Assembly: GCA_028534125.1 (NCBI GenBank)
Contig: CM052817.1
Location: 90,956,001 to 91,020,000 of the forward strand
From: Lama glama
Taxonomy: Eukaryota
Reading direction: 5' to 3'
Length of the DNA stretch: 64,000 nt
Shown: one piece after another, positions 62,530-64,000 of the stretch
Numbering within the stretch: position 1 is the stretch's first letter
How the letters are laid out: each line of letters starts with the position of its first letter
The notes under the pieces: model-generated
What the model was told of the DNA's origin: nothing
What the model saw: only the letters and a program-made list of their open reading frames with translations
Databases searched by the model: none
Position numbers and translations under genes: made by a program

Positions 62530-63240
62530 TACATAACAAAGATTAATGTTCAACAAATGAAGAGTCTACCAAATCAATTCTGTAAAAAATAAAAAACAAA
62601 AACCACTGAGATTGTGATAAATAAGCAGCCAGAAGATGTATGCAAATAATCCACAAAAGAGGGCACTCAACAAGAGAATATTGATGAGAACTGGGAAACT
62701 GTGTCACTAGAAATCAAGGAAAACTAAATACAACATGATTTTTGCCTATAAAACCAGGATCTTTTTTAACTAGGAAGATTCTGCACTGATAAGCATGAGA
62801 AGAAAAAGACATACATACTGATGGAAGAACTTTTTAAAACCAATTTGGCAAAATTTAGTATGACTATTAAAAAACATTCACTTTGCATTATCTATCCTAA
62901 GAAATTAATCCTAATTACTGGAAAAGCTTAAGAACTCTCATTAAAGCATTATCTACTATACTAAAAAATTGAATATCACCTAAATGTCCAACAAGGATTT
63001 TGCAGAGATGACTTGCGGCAATTGAACATAGTATTATGAAGCCCTAAAAAGTTACCTAAGAAAAAACAGGTACCAATATCATTCTAAAAGTATGATTACA
63101 TATATATATATCTTTTCCAAGGGGACTGGTGGTTTACTTTGGGGTAACTGGATTATAGGTGAAATTTTTCAGTCCCATTTTGTTTCTAAATTTTTTGTAA
63201 TGAGCCTGTATTATTTTCAAAACAGTAAAAGTAAACTCAT
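62530..63240 (+). mobile_element. Ancient L1 (L1ME-like) fragments
   Basis: 'tcactagaaatcaaggaaa', 'caatttggcaaaat', 'cctaaatgtccaacaag', 'ggattataggtgaaattt'. Confidence 0.6.
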
Positions 63241-64000
63241 AAAATTTGATTCACTTTTCTAAAAGTGCAGCTCAGTATAGTTTAGACATTAAAATAAACT
63301 GGCTTCTCCGGCATGTTTTCTTCAGACTAAGCTGTTGTGAAAACATGCTCATCATTTGAAAGTTGACGGACGCCAAGGAAACCTAAGCTGCTCTAATTTC
63401 GGGGTCATCAGCCCAACCACGTCACAAACCAGGGGAAGGCAGGTTCTGGAATACCCTCAAAGGCCTGAAGACATTATTTTTCTCCCTTCTCTACCCGCTC
63501 ATATTTTTTACCGAATACATCAAATAGGCTCTTCTCCACACATCAATAGAAAATCCCAAGCAGGGAAAAGTAGTATCAAGTCAACTCATTTACTGAGATA
63601 ACAAATAAAATAGACTGTGAATACTTAGTGTATCCCCTTCCTCATTACTGAAGCCTGATCAGTATTTATGAATTATTACTCTGTTCCCTTTATCACATCA
63701 GATTCATGAGACATAAGAAGAAAGCAAAAGACAAGAAAAGATCTCAACTCTGAAATAGACAGTGATGTAACTAGGAAGTAGAGAAATGATATAGGTAGGA
63801 AGGTAGACAGATGTGAAATCACTTATTTCCTAACAATGCAATCCAGAAATTCATAGTATTTAGGACTGGAAGTTACTTTAAATACAGCTACTTCTACCTT
63901 TTCATTTTATATATGCTTTTGTGTCAAAATCAATAGACAGCCATAGGAGGTCATTGTGGACAGATGTCAAACCTGGCACAAACCTGGGGAGATCCTTAGA

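Noticed and set aside
1..64000. CRISPR array, rRNA, operon or other prokaryotic/viral system
   Set aside because: Sequence is CpG-depleted mammalian DNA full of eutherian repeats; no regularly spaced repeats with spacers, long ORFs or gag/pol/env remnants seen

Overview
Mammalian nuclear DNA, most likely from a camelid (camel, alpaca or llama). Six copies of a tRNA-Ala(AGC)-derived SINE resembling Vic-1 are present, and I saw no Alu, B1/B2, Bov-tA, PRE-1 or CAN-SINE. I could not identify any protein-coding gene: the six-frame ORFs are short and many fall in repeats or low-complexity sequence. The window looks intergenic or deep intronic and is rich in old repeats (MaLR/ERVL LTRs, L2, MIR, L1 3' ends, hAT-Charlie MERs). 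It also contains a MER41-like solo LTR with a 4-bp target-site duplication (TSD). The best candidate functional signals are a small CpG island near 36.0-36.8 kb with a GC-box minisatellite and a minus-strand first-exon candidate, a 27-nt microexon candidate at 44.5 kb, a six-site MEIS/TALE motif cluster at 20.1-20.4 kb, a 60-nt hairpin at 5.4 kb and two CTCF-like sites. There is no CRISPR array, rRNA or prokaryotic system, and nothing I can establish as a new biological system. Repeat family names are from remembered consensus sequences rather than a database search, and boundaries without TSDs are approximate.
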